A stretch of DNA of 63,257 bases, filler included, from Licmophora abbreviata (taxonomy: Eukaryota): assembly GCA_900291995.1 (NCBI GenBank). It is 15 parts of 15 records of this genome, joined end to end, with 100 filler letters (N's around TTAATTAATTAA, not from the genome) between each part and the next. Parts side by side here need not be neighbours in the genome. Positions count along the whole stretch, not along the records: positions 1 to 4,308 come from OLMU01005150.1; positions 4,409 to 8,712 come from OLMU01005151.1; positions 8,813 to 17,184 come from OLMU01005153.1; 12 more parts are not named here. One strand, 5' to 3'. The position numbers were made by a program, and so were the translations under genes. The notes under the pieces are model-generated. The model ran no database searches. It saw only the letters and a program-made list of their open reading frames with translations, and was not told the DNA's origin. Numbering within the stretch: position 1 is the stretch's first letter; the number at the start of each line of letters is the position of its first letter. Below are positions 1-12,192 of this stretch, piece after piece.

Positions 1-889
1 TATTACCTACCTCAAGTCCAAGTTTGACTACGAGTGGGATCCACACACGGATCTGCACGATCCCAACACTCCCGACCCCAACAAGCTCTATGTTGCAGAA
101 ACTGCAAAAGACGAAGAGGGCGTGGAGAAATTCTACGATCCCATCTTTGGTCCCAGCAATCCTCTCGATACCAGAACCATCGTAGGCTCGGTCGACTCCT
201 ACATGATAGACCCAACCACACGAGACGATACCATGCTCACTCCCTCCTTTCCACCAGGAGACGTTGAAAATGACTTTAATGACAAGGTACGAGACTTTCG
301 CAAGTCTCTTGATATTATTGAAACATACATTGACCCCTACTTGCCAGACAACATGCCTGTACCGAGACACACTGCCAAGTGGCATGGCTACCCCGAACGA
401 GAGACCTATCCGCAAAAGGACTATTCCAACAATCGCTTTACGAAACCGCAGGATCTGACGCCCTTTGACGACTACGACCCGCACAAGGCGCGCAAGTTGG
501 CGGTGCAGTATGCGCGCGCCAAGAATTGTGAGTGGCTGGTAGAGGGAATCAGTTTGGAGCATCACACCAAGGTAAGAGCTCCCTATGAAGAGCATGGGAC
601 GATTGTTGGGACCTTGCGCAAGGGAAGGAGTGATCCAGGGTTGGTGGAACAGATTCAGCCTGCCTTGGGAGTATTGGGCAGTGTGGCAGAGTTGTTGAGT
701 ATTGAGCAGGACACAGTCTTTCGATTCCATTATCACGGTCTCATGAAGAACAAGTTTGGTATGGCAGCATGGACGGAGACGTTGATTCGAGATTGTGGAG
801 TGGAATGTACGGGAGTTGTATTTGAAACGGGATATCGGCGGCGTGATCCGGCCTATGATGGTGGGGATGCGTGGTATGGGCCGTACTAA
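1..889 (+). CDS. Hypothetical protein, 5'-truncated by the window edge
   Basis: The frame of ORF 122..889 stays open back to position 2 (ITYLKSKFDYEWDPHTD...). Composition is protein-like; no family recognised. Confidence 0.7.
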   Translation, partial: ITYLKSKFDYEWDPHTDLHDPNTPDPNKLYVAETAKDEEGVEKFYDPIFGPSNPLDTRTIVGSVDSYMIDPTTRDDTMLTPSFPPGDVENDFNDKVRDFRKSLDIIETYIDPYLPDNMPVPRHTAKWHGYPERETYPQKDYSNNRFTKPQDLTPFDDYDPHKARKLAVQYARAKNCEWLVEGISLEHHTKVRAPYEEHGTIVGTLRKGRSDPGLVEQIQPALGVLGSVAELLSIEQDTVFRFHYHGLMKNKFGMAAWTETLIRDCGVECTGVVFETGYRRRDPAYDGGDAWYGPY

Positions 890-996
890 CCATCGCATGA
901 ATGAAAATTCCTCAATCATAATAGCTGCTCAGCGACTGTAATTCGAAAGAGAACATGTCCTATAGAGTACGCCTTCTCTAGTAGACTAGGCATACA

Positions 997-3497
997 TTAG
1001 ATGCGATCCACATGACGAATGCCAAGGAGATCAAAGCATTCGCGCATGGCCATTGTCGTTGCGCGGCAGAGGAGCAATCGGCTGTTCATCTCGGGGCTGC
1101 CCAATACCTTGCACTGTGTGACAAAGTCGGAGGCTGCAATCGAGAGATTGTACACGTACTCGCATATATGATAGGGGAAGAGATCGTCGAGCGTTACAAC
1201 CAACGTATCTGAAAAAGCTGCAGGTTGAATGCAAGGTTCCGTTCCGATGGATGCGTAATGGCAATGGGCGACTTTTCTGCAATCAACTTGTTCACGTCCA
1301 CGCCGTGAGTCGCAAGAGCCTTCGAGCAGATGCTCTCCAGGCGTGCGTGCGCGTATAATAAGTAAACAGCCGTGTTGCCCTTGGTATCGAGCATCTGATC
1401 GTAGCTGAATTTGTAGTTGGTAGTGGGGTTGCGGCGCAAGTCAAAATACTTGACAGCACCGTAGCCAATCGCTTCTGCCACCTTGTGAACCTCTTCTGGA
1501 GAAATGTTGGCTTTGCCCTCTTCGATACGAGCATTGAGACTGGCTTCCATACGACCGACTGCCTCGTCCAAAAGGTCCACCAGGCGAACCGTATCTCCCG
1601 AACGCGTCTTGAATCGTTTGCCATCTTCTCCCATGACTGTCCCGAAACCAACATGCTCGAGCTTTTGATCCTGAACCCATCCAATCTTGTGAGCCGCGGC
1701 GTAACACATCTTGAAGTGGTCTCCTTGCGAGAAGTCCGTGACGACGATGATCCGCTGGCAGTTGAGGTGACGAAGGCGATGAGATAGCGCAGCCATATCG
1801 GTACTGTCGTAACCAAAGCCCCCATCGCTCTTTTGTAACATTAAAGGGATCTGGAATTTGTCGAGAAAGACACACTTGGCACCTCCCTCTTCGATCGTCA
1901 ACAATCCCGCCTTGTCGAATTCTTGAACAACGGCTGGAATTTTGTCATTGTAAAAGGACTCCCCGAATTCTTCGACCTTAATGTCCAGACGATCGTACAC
2001 TTTCTGAAATTCTTGTCGCGAGACGTCGCACAGGATCTTCCAGATTTCCAGACACTCTTCATCGCCGGACTGGAGCTTCACCACATTCGTCTGCGCGAGC
2101 TTCTTGAAGTCGGGCGATTCGTCGAAACGTCCCTTGGCGCTCTTGTAGAACTCGGTCAAGTCAGTGATGTTTGGCATATTTTCGTGAAAGGTGGGAAATT
2201 CTTCCTTGAGATACTGAATCAGCATACCAAACTGGGTTCCCCAGTCGCCGACGTGGTTCACGCGATGCACGGAATGTCCGACACGCTCCAAGATTCGACA
2301 CATGGCTTCTCCCAGGATGGTACTTCTTAAGTGTCCCACATGCATTTCCTTGGCAATGTTGGGACTCGAGAAATCAACCAGGCAGGTTGCGGGAGTGACC
2401 TGCGGGTTCGGGAGGTGACCAATGTCGTACATGTAATGACTGATGCGACGCTCCAACAAACTGGGTGCGACTCGAACCTGCACAAATCCACGGTCCATTC
2501 TGGGGTCAATGACCACGTCGCTCGCATTCCGCAACACCTCAACGAGCGCATTCGCCACATCGGGAGGACTGCGAATAGTATCTGGCAATGCGTTTGCCTT
2601 TTTCAAATCGGAAAAGAGGCGCATGGCAATACTGCTCTGATAGTCACCATGCTTGGAATCTTTGCACTTGGAAACGAGAGAGTCTGGGAGCTTTCCCTCC
2701 AAAAGTTCCTCCCCAAACAGCTCAACCAGGGCATTGGTGAAGACTTCCTTGATGAGTCCAGCCAGACTGGGATTGTCCAGGTCGACTGGTTTGTTGCCAC
2801 CCCTTGCTGCCGGAAGAACCGAGATGGCTTCCTTGGCATTCGCCAGCGCCGAGGCATGCGCCTCGAGGTACTGAGACACATGCGGGGGCAAGTGATGGCC
2901 TCCCGTCAAACTAGAGAGCGTAGTCACGATACAGATATCGGCCACCGTGGTGTCATGAGCAATCAAGTGAAAGGGGGACCCGCCTCCCTCCGTCAAGAAA
3001 TGTTCGAGATGGCCGAGAGCATTGTGAAGATTGTGCGAGTGACGCAAATGGGTTCGTTCCCATTCGCACCATTCATCTACCTGCATGACTTCTGCCGGGG
3101 AGAGGACAGATTCGGTTCCCAGACAGGATATCGCCTTGGCCATGCTGTTACCGCCCATGACAACGTGCGAGTCGTACACCAGTGCGGGTCCGTGGGCCAA
3201 GGGTAGTTTTTGTTTGGTGGACTTGAGGGGAACCTTGTAGAGCAAGGATGACCAGACAGCCTTGATGGCTGAAATACTTCCTTCTCCTTGAGCATCAGCG
3301 TTGGCTAAAAGAAACTCTGGCTGCTGCTTTGGAGGTGCGGGTACAGCTGCTGGTTGTTCAGTGTTTGACGGCGGGGCAGGACCACCCGCGCGAGAGGCCT
3401 TGGCTGCCTCTTTTTTCTGTTGCTTTTCGGCCATCTTGGCCATCTTCTTCAGCTGTTTCTTCGAAGGGCCCTCTGTTTCATTGATTTCGTTCGCCAT
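997..3497 (-). CDS. RARS: Cytosolic arginyl-tRNA synthetase with Lys-rich and GST-like N-terminal extension; one frameshift near 1212
   Basis: Motifs VDFSSPNIAKEMHVGHLRST, NHVGDWGTQFG, FKTRSG and GNTAVYLLYAHAR. The C-terminal anticodon-binding part (ICEYVYNL...RLLLC...LLGI) lies in ORF 997..1203; one extra T in CTTTTTCAG restores the frame. Confidence 0.96.
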
Positions 3498-4308
3498 GGT
3501 GGTGGATGGACGACCTTCCGGATGGACGAATGATGAAAGGTATGGTACAGTCAATGAGTCTCGTGCTGCCCGTTTCAAAATCAAAATGAAAATGGACGGC
3601 TGTCACCTGTCACTCAAGTTTGTCACTTTCGGCTAGAAAATTTGACTCGCTCGACTAGCGAAGAAGAAACAAGCTCACAGATGACTCAGAACGTGTTTCT
3701 GATACAGCGCCAGAAGTAGAATGTCTCTTTCTTTTGATGTGTTAAACGAATATATCTCATTCAATGCCTCCTTATACCCTTTTGTGTTAATTTCTTATAG
3801 TATAGAAACGCTTTAGCTCATAGGTTGAAGTAAGTGTACTATCTTCAAACCATCCTCTATCATTTGTGGAAATATAGTATTCAAGACGGTAGTTTAGTAC
3901 TCGCGCGCAATACCACTGCGACATGCAGCTTATGACGCGGCACCGTCACCACGCAAGCAGTGCTCCGAAGCGCGCAGATATCGTGGTACTGTCGCCAGCT
4001 TGTATGATTGACTGTCCTTGTCGTCCTTGAAGGACATGCCACGTGAGGGCAGGGCCACCAAGGTGATGGGAGCCACACATAAACGGGTTTAGCCTTCCAC
4101 ATCTCTGAACCTTGAGACTATCGTGTATTCGAAGAAGTGCGATATCACCTTGGCGTGTATATTGAGGAGAAAGCGGCCAGCCAGAGAAGCCACGACAACG
4201 CAGAGAACTGCTTTACTCTACTAGTAGTACCTGGTACTTTTTGGAGTTCGGATCTGAAACAGTCCTTTTTTCAGTCGTTATAAAGAAGACGAAGACACCT
4301 CGACTGCT

Positions 4309-4408
4309 NNNNNNNNNNNNNNNNNNNNNNNNNNNNNNNNNNNNNNNNNNNNTTAATTAATTAANNNNNNNNNNNNNNNNNNNNNNNNNNNNNNNNNNNN
4401 NNNNNNNN
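4309..4408. other. Artificial gap spacer N44-TTAATTAATTAA-N44, first of 14; the others start at 8713, 17185, 18373, 27306, 29100, 32347, 34533, 46680, 49950, 52223, 54443, 56479 and 59785
   Basis: Identical 100-bp structure with stop codons in all six frames. Confidence 0.98.
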
Positions 4409-4454
4409 ACACCTCGACTGCTACTCGGACTCTGACGACTCGACAAGAGCCAGC

Positions 4455-7400
4455 ATGATGGGCAGTAACTCGATCCCGTCGAACAATACCAACCGGAGAA
4501 GGAACATCTTCCCGCATTCGGATTCCCGGTCACATCGCAGCGCCTCTTCCCACCATTCCACTTCATCGTCATCGAAGGAGACCACGAGCGCCGTGTCGCT
4601 GGACGAAGCCTTTAGACGTGTGGGGCATCGACTTAGTCAGAGGGTAGGAGGGGTCAGAGATACGCCGAGGCCGGTGGCGAATCTGTTGGCGGGACAGGCG
4701 ACGTCTGCTTTCTCTGCTCCGAGGAGGGAGTCGCAGGATGCCGCATCTCCGGGGGTCGAAGATACGGTCGTGTCCCCTGCTGCGTCCGTGGCGAATTCCA
4801 CCTCTAGTCCTCATGATGGGGAGGTACGTATTCCTACCGACTTTTCTTGAAACCTGTAAATACACTGTGGAGACTGCGAAGTTCATCATCTCTGACCCAC
4901 TGTCTTCCACCACTCCGCTGTAGGTATTTGATCGATCTCCCAAGGTGGCGAAGACAAGATATACGGATCATGGCAATCATCAGAGGCCTCCAGATCAGGT
5001 GCACGAAAGCATACTGAAGAGGCTCACACAACGAGCGCAAGACACCTACGAAAAGGCGCGGCAGACACCCCAAGATCCACACAAGGAGCCGAAGAAACAT
5101 GTCCCTCCCTCTAACTCAAGTCGCAATGGAGGTTTCGAGGGGACTGCCATGTCGCCACACAGACAAGCGTTATCGCAACTGGCGCTGGATGACGGCACCT
5201 CGAGCACTATGAGTATGGAGCCCGATCCTATAATACGCAAGGACCCACAGGGCACCGTTGACAGCTCACACAAGGGTCTATTGGAAGCTGCACTGGAGCA
5301 ACAAGACCCATCTGGAGATCAGCGGAAACCAGGGAAATGTCTGACATTACCGGAAGAGCCAATGTCGAACGATGGGCTGGACAATTCAGACGGTAATCTC
5401 ATTGTACATCAAGGCGACCATATTGAGGTCCCGCCGGCTCAGGTCACCAACACAATACATGGCGGTCCCGAAACACGAAGCAAATTTGTTGTAATCGAGC
5501 CGCTGGGACAAGGAACTTTCGCCCAGGTTTTCAAGTGTCGTTGTGTTGCGACCGGTGACTTGGTGGCGGTCAAGATTGTCAAGAACAAGCCGGCGTACAC
5601 GCGACAGGCAGCTGTGGAAATTGATGTATTTCGAGTTCTTCGGGAGTCAAATCTGATGGAGAAGAATCATATGGTTCGGCTCATGTGTCACTTTGTCTAC
5701 AAGTCGCATTTGTGTTTGGTATTTGAACTGCTGGGGTTGAATCTCTACGAAGTACTCAAGAAACGCCAGTTTCGGGGCCTCCCGCTGGCGATTGTAAGGA
5801 ATGTAATCCAACAAGCAATCGAGGGTATCAAGGATCTGAGCCAGAAAAGCATTGTTCATTGCGACATCAAGCCCGAGAATATCCTCCTATGCAGCGACGA
5901 GGATGTAGAGGCCATTGTCACTGAGGGAGAGCGCCCAAAGCTTGCCATGGCTAATGACGCCGCTGACTTGGTTTCCGGGGGCAAGTCAGGAACGCCGTCA
6001 ACCGAAGATACTGGTCAGACTAGTGCATCTGATGTCTCGAGTCACTCCTATGAAAGAATAATCAAGTTGATTGATTTTGGTTCAGCTTGCTTCGAAGGAC
6101 ACACGGCGCACACGTACATCCAGTCAAGGTTCTATAGGAGTCCGGAAGTGTTAATTGGACTACCGTACGACTCAGCGATTGACATGTGGTCGCTGGGCTG
6201 TGTGACTGCAGAGCTCTTCTTAGGACTGCCGATTCTTCCTGGTGTTCATGAGCACGATCAGCTTGGGAGAATAAGTGAGATGATTGGCACGTTTCCGGAC
6301 TGGATGATAGAACAGGGGTAAGCTTACCTGCATTTCGCTTTTGTCGCATGTATGTACCATGAATGCGCCTACTCACCGTTGCCGTCGTTCTACCGATACT
6401 TAGGTCCAAGTCATCAAAGTATTTTTTGAAGGAGCTCTCTCGAACGTCCGATGACAAGAAACCATCACAGAATATTGACATACTTCATCGTGAATCTCCG
6501 CCGCCTCCACAGGTTTCATGGCGTCTGAGGACCCTCCATGAATACATCCAGTCCCTGTCAGCCCATGAATTACGAAAGAAAGGTGGTGTGGCAAAATTGG
6601 AGAAACAGCCGACGAATCGTTACTTTAAACGGAAACGGCTAGCAGACATAATTATGCTGCACGGTCAGGCGAGCCCCAACACAAGCAGCGAGGAACTCGG
6701 CCTGTTTGTTCATTTTTTGCTAGGTAAGTTTATCTTGTTGCGCAAATGAGCACCGGTGAAACGAACCGACCCACTCATTTTTTGGTCGCTCCTCGTTTGG
6801 TCAGGAATCTTGCATCCCGACCCCTGGAAGAGATGGACCGCCTACCAGGCATCCATGCATCCGTTCATAACTGGTGGCTCGTCGCATCGGCGCCGAATGG
6901 GAGCCGGATCAGTTGCCACAGGCAGAGAAGTAGGATCCACAGAAGCACATGACTATGACATATATTGGGTCCCTCCTTGGGATCCATCGATCTGCAAACG
7001 CAAGCTTTTGAATGTCCAGAAGACGAGAGAAAAGCAGCAAGCTATGCGGCGGAGTAGTCGAAGCAGCATCGGAAGTCAGTCCCAGGGTATCCCGGACAGG
7101 AGTAGCCGCGGCGCCCAACCGAAGTCGTCAGATTTGGCTACCAGCAGGTAAGGATTGGGACGAGATACTCTTTTGTACCATAGGGATCGTCTTCGTTCTC
7201 ATTATTTATCTCTCCCGTCACCAGGCGCTCTCGTGTGGCTCACATGCGCGACGATGCCATCCTTCGTCGCCAAACCTCGCTCCCAACAGTCCCGCAGCGG
7301 CAGCAAACTATAATTTCCTCTGGAGCAATGCACAACAGCGTTTTCCACTTATCGCAGCAAGGTATGGCAGGTGACCAGGGCATCTCTGCAACTCCGTCTG

Positions 7401-8469
7401 GTGGAATGTTGTTCGATGGAATGCAGCATCCTCAGTATGTGGCTTTCTCTGGACCAGGGTACCAGCCTCCGATGATGGCCAATCCATCGGGGCTTCCTGG
7501 CGCTCACAGCGGGTACAGAGAGCTTCCAATGACTCAACCGATGCAGTTCGTCTCGGGACCACAAAGCCTGACTGCATTTAGCTACGGTGGACATGGCCAT
7601 ATGCCTGTCGAAGGTGATCTCGGATACGCTCTGCAACGCCCTGGGGTCGTACCTGGAATGAGCGGTGATCTTTCGGGGTCGTTAACGATGAACCAGCCAG
7701 TGCAGGTCGGCGCTGTTGGGGGGTACTCACCGCATCAGTTTGCATCTCACATGGGCGGACACGGCAGTTTCACGGGGCAGCCTGGTTCTCATGGGGCGCA
7801 CCGGCGACACACTCACTCCTACAGTGGCGGGATACCTGCTTCATACGAATACTCAGGTGGCCCCCCTCGGCATCCCAGTCCATGCATGTACCAAGCGGCT
7901 TTATGACTTCGCCCACGTCGATCCGGGAGGATGCGACGAACTTCAACCTTGGAAGCCTGCATTCAGATCAACCACGCATGCTCTCATCCTCTCTTCAGAC
8001 TAGTAGCCAAGGATCCAGTGCGAGTCTTCTGGCTCTGCAACTTGAAGGTCGCTCTGGTACGCAGACTTCGCACCAAGGGTCAATACAGGATATGACACAA
8101 CAGGGGATGGACGACAATGGTGGTCAAGCTGGTCTTCCTCAATACATTGGTCCTGGAGCCACTGCTTTCAGTCATTCGGGTGGCCTACCTGCGGGCACGT
8201 ACTACACGACATATTTCCCGACCGCTGGTGCTGGCATGATGTCTGCCCCTGCAGCTGTGACCGGAATGCCCCAGCATGTAGGCTATGGCGGATACGTTCA
8301 ACAGCCAGGGCCCTACTTATCTGGGGCTGCACCTCCGAGCTCTCTCGAATATCCGGCATATCCTCCGAATGCTCTCGAACCATCTTCGGAAGAAGCTCGG
8401 CGAGCGACCGAACAGAGCGCTTCACGTGCTGTACCACGTCCTCCTTTCTATCAAGGAACAAGCATGTAG
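4455..8469 (+). CDS. YAK1: YAK1/DYRK-family dual-specificity protein kinase, multi-exon
   Basis: Motifs GQGTFAQV, VAVKIVKNKPAY, HCDIKPEN, DFGSAC and YIQSRFYRSPEV. Phase-compatible GT-AG introns at 4824-4923, 6318-6403, 6724-6804 and 7148-7224. A C-run frameshift near 7860 precedes the low-complexity tail. Confidence 0.9.
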
Positions 8470-8891
8470 CGGGTCGTCGTATCGGGAAGAAGGCATGAGT
8501 CGAATCGCTGCGCTATAGTGCGTCTTTCGCGAACGATGGGATCATTAGACCTACCAGTCGTCTGATTCTTTTAAATTGATACAGATACTTGCAATCGTCT
8601 TCGTCCTGTACCTTCTTCTGGCTGTTGCTCGAGAGAGAGAGCTGCTGTACCGTTACCTGGGTACCTATCGTAGTAGAGCACGGGACGGAACTGACTTGCA
8701 TGTTTGACACGTNNNNNNNNNNNNNNNNNNNNNNNNNNNNNNNNNNNNNNNNNNNNTTAATTAATTAANNNNNNNNNNNNNNNNNNNNNNNNNNNNNNNN
8801 NNNNNNNNNNNNAGCCAGCTTCTCCCCTCTCTTCTCACAAGAGACTTTAATTCTGCAGTGTGAACCTAGACAGAGCCGGAAGAAAGGCAGA

Positions 8892-11800
8892 ATGTCGACG
8901 AAAGCGCTGCAAATCAACCAAGAGCACGAAGCCTTCAAAAATCAGTACGTACCTGCGGTAGAAGTTGGTACAAAAGTTACGACAAATAAATTGAAAAAAA
9001 GATTGATTGTTTGAAGAGAGAGGATCACGTTCTTGTGTCTCACATCACCCTTGCTCGCACATTTTAACAGACTCGTGGACGATGTCTTTGGCAAGGACAA
9101 CCAGGGACATGTCGAGATGGAAAAAGTTACGATGCTCATGTGGCAGTTTCGTGACGACCCCAGTGTCGTGCAGTTCATGGCGCAGTTTGTAGCCAAGGTG
9201 CGTGAGGACGAAGAGAGAGAAACACAGAAAGTGAAGATCACACGATGAAATAGCGCAATCAGCACAAGAGAAATATTCTACTGTTGTTGACTATGTTTGC
9301 TGGCGGCCTGCTGTGCTGTTCTTTCCATACGGACCATTCTTCCCTCTCACTCGTCGTGACTTTCTTCATCGTTTACGAAATTTCAGTTCTCTGGCTCTCG
9401 CGATGTCTTTAATGGAATTGAATTCTACTTGCCTCAGCTAGCACACATGATTATTCACCTCGAGGCCGACTGGGACGATGCTGTATTGGAGCGCTTCGCT
9501 CTCATGATCGCGCAGCAATCCCTGCACTTTGCCCTACAGCTCAACTGGATCCTCAACGGTGCCATTGAAGACTACGAGCCAGAATTGCCTTCAGGAGAGC
9601 CCAACCCAGACCATAACCCCTTGTTCTACTCAAGATGCATCAAACTACTGAGTAACATTGAGCGATGTGTCGTCTATGGACGACCTCGCTCGCAAGAGCT
9701 GCACCGTCTCTACGAGATGGGCAAAATTACCAAGAAGGAGTATGAGATACTCGAACAAGCCGATCGCAGGTACAATGCCTTTCAAATTACATCTGATGAC
9801 GCGAATCTTGACAACGGACGATTGCACGCCTTTGGGGGAGAGCTTCTCTACAAACGTAAAGTCCGACGCAGCTGCGTCAAGCGCAAACCTTGGAAGAAAC
9901 GATACTTTACGGTTGAAGAGCGCATGTTGCACTGTTACAATTACAAGGATGGGACACTGGTACGCAGTATGCCTTTGGAGGGAGCCGATGTGGTGGAACA
10001 TGAGGATGGAAAGTATCCTCACATGTTCTCGGTGAGCAACCGCAACTTTCGCTTCGTCATGCGCGCCAAGTCGGCAGAGCAGAAGCTCTTGTGGACGACA
10101 CAACTCAAGGACGAGGCTCAAGCACATGCCTTATTTTTGCACGGAACGGACGAAAATTCCAGGCATTTGCAGGTCGTGCAGGATCTGACGCCATCGCAAA
10201 AGACGCGGTTTGACTTTTTCCGGGATGAGCGGGACTTTGTGAGGGAAGTTTGTGATATTGCGGAGCGCTTGCGCTTCGAGGACCGAGCACAACGTAAGAA
10301 GTTGGCACCGGGCTTGATGAAAGAACTCAAAATCCCGCCCTGTGTCTATCTTCCCCTGTGCAACAGTACCGATATTTGGCGACGAGTGCAGCAGCCTGTT
10401 GCGAAAGACACCAGGGTCTTCAACACGAAGGAGCGGTGTCCGATCATTATGTACTTTGTTGCAAAGCGTGGTGAAACGCTGAAGCATCGTCGGGGTGGTA
10501 TGAAGGATGTGAATCTGGACGTGGCGGAGTTTTTGCATCTCCAGTTTGACACTCGGGAGCTGTCGGAATCATCCAACGGCAGCATGGGAAAGATCGTCGA
10601 GGAAGAGAGCGGGGGCGGAGACGACTCGCAGCACAATAGTTCCGATAGCGGTCCAGAGGAAAAGGAAGAGGAAGGAGGAGGCTCGAAAAGAGAAGAGTTT
10701 GCTTTGTCCGCCATTCCTGAGGATAGTGCGAGAAGCAACATTAGCACAGTCTGGCATGATCCAAACACTCTCGAAGCTCACGGAAGCGGAGCTCATCGTG
10801 GCAGTCTGAACAAGGGAAACCGACAGGTGCAGAGCTTTCTTCGAGAGAATCTGGTTTCACTCCCGCGAAAACTTGCTACGCGGATCGAGTCACGCCGAAG
10901 TCTCCGATCCAAATCGATTCTAGATAAAGCTGCTGGCAAAAATGCACACCGTCCCCATTCTGGGATCGAAGAGCGAGGACGATGGGGACGCGGCCTCCGT
11001 GGACGGCGTTGAGGTGGCTGTGCAGCGGGGAAGTATTATCGCCTCGGGAAACATCTTGCTCGGAGATGAGCACGAAGGCGAGATCGACATTGTGGGTGTT
11101 GAGAGAGCCAAGGAGATCATCTGTCACGGAGAGAGCTGGCCAGAGAAGAGTGCCCGGATGCTTCGTGAATTTAAGGAAGACGAACCGGAGGGCGTGGCTG
11201 AAGTCGTCTCCCTCATGGCGAAATCAAACGATGATTTGCGACAGGAGATGTTTGTCATGCAGATGATTCACTACTTCAAGTCTGTTTTTGCCAGTGCAGA
11301 TCTACCCCTCTGGCTCAAGACTTACAGCATCCTTAGCGTGTCCAAGGATACAGGCTTGATTGAAGTGCTGACCGACGCTACGTCCATCGACGGACTGAAA
11401 AAGTCAGAGGGCTTTCCGACAGAAGGTGGTCTCCGAAAGTATTTTGAGAACACGTATGGTGACCCCGACTCAAAGTCATTTCAAGCCGCTCAAACGAACT
11501 TCATGCAGTCTCTAGCGGCGTACTCTTTGGTATCGTACTTTTTGGGATTGAAAGACCGCCACAATGGAAACATTATGATTGACACGCGTGGTCGCCTCAT
11601 TTTCATCGACTTTGGTTTTGCCATGGGCATGGCGCCTGGGCACGAGTTCTCGTTCGAGCGTGCGCCATTCAAACTGACAAAGGAATATGTTGAAGTCATG
11701 GGCGGTCCACAGTCAAAGTGCTTTGCCGAGTTTAGGCGCCTGTTCGCGGCTGGGTTTCAGCAAGCTCGGAAGAGTTCACAAATCGCACTTGGACTAGTGG

Positions 11801-12104
11801 AGATTATGATGTACAAGAGCAACTACCCATGTTTTGCTGGCTTCCGATACGGTGGCGGCGTTGCCCTGAAGAAATTCGAAAAGAGATTGATGCTTCACGT
11901 ACCAGACAAGCAGGTGGAGAAGAAGGTGCTTCAGCTCGTCGAGTAAGTTGTTCCCTTTTTTCTTTGTACTATGATAGTCAATTTTGTTGTTGAGCGTCCG
12001 ACTCACTCTCTGCCTCCTATCATCACTTCAGTCGATCGATGGACAATTTCGGAACTTGGTTCTACGATCGCTTCCAAAAGTGGTCGAATGACTATGCCAT
12101 GTAG
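8892..12104 (+). CDS. Phosphatidylinositol 4-kinase (type III beta-like) with internal PH domain
   Basis: Motifs EFYLPQLAH (helical region), KSNDDLRQE, LKDRHNGNIMID, IFIDFGF and FERAPFKL, plus a PH-like segment WKKRYF...W. A-run frameshift near 10938. The last intron (11943-12031) leads to ...YDRFQKWSNDYAM*. Confidence 0.9.
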
Positions 12105-12192
12105 GGGCTACGGGCTCGCTTGAGAGGGGCGCCTCTTGTCTACTAAAATAACAGGCGCCGCCATGAAACGTCACCAATTCTAGAGAGCAAGT

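Noticed and set aside
1200..1220. Programmed ribosomal frameshift in ArgRS
   Set aside because: The same homopolymer indel pattern occurs in four unrelated genes, so sequencing error is more parsimonious.
3880..4110. GC-richer intergenic stretch as a possible ncRNA
   Set aside because: No recognisable snRNA or snoRNA boxes or known motif; cannot be supported without a covariance search.
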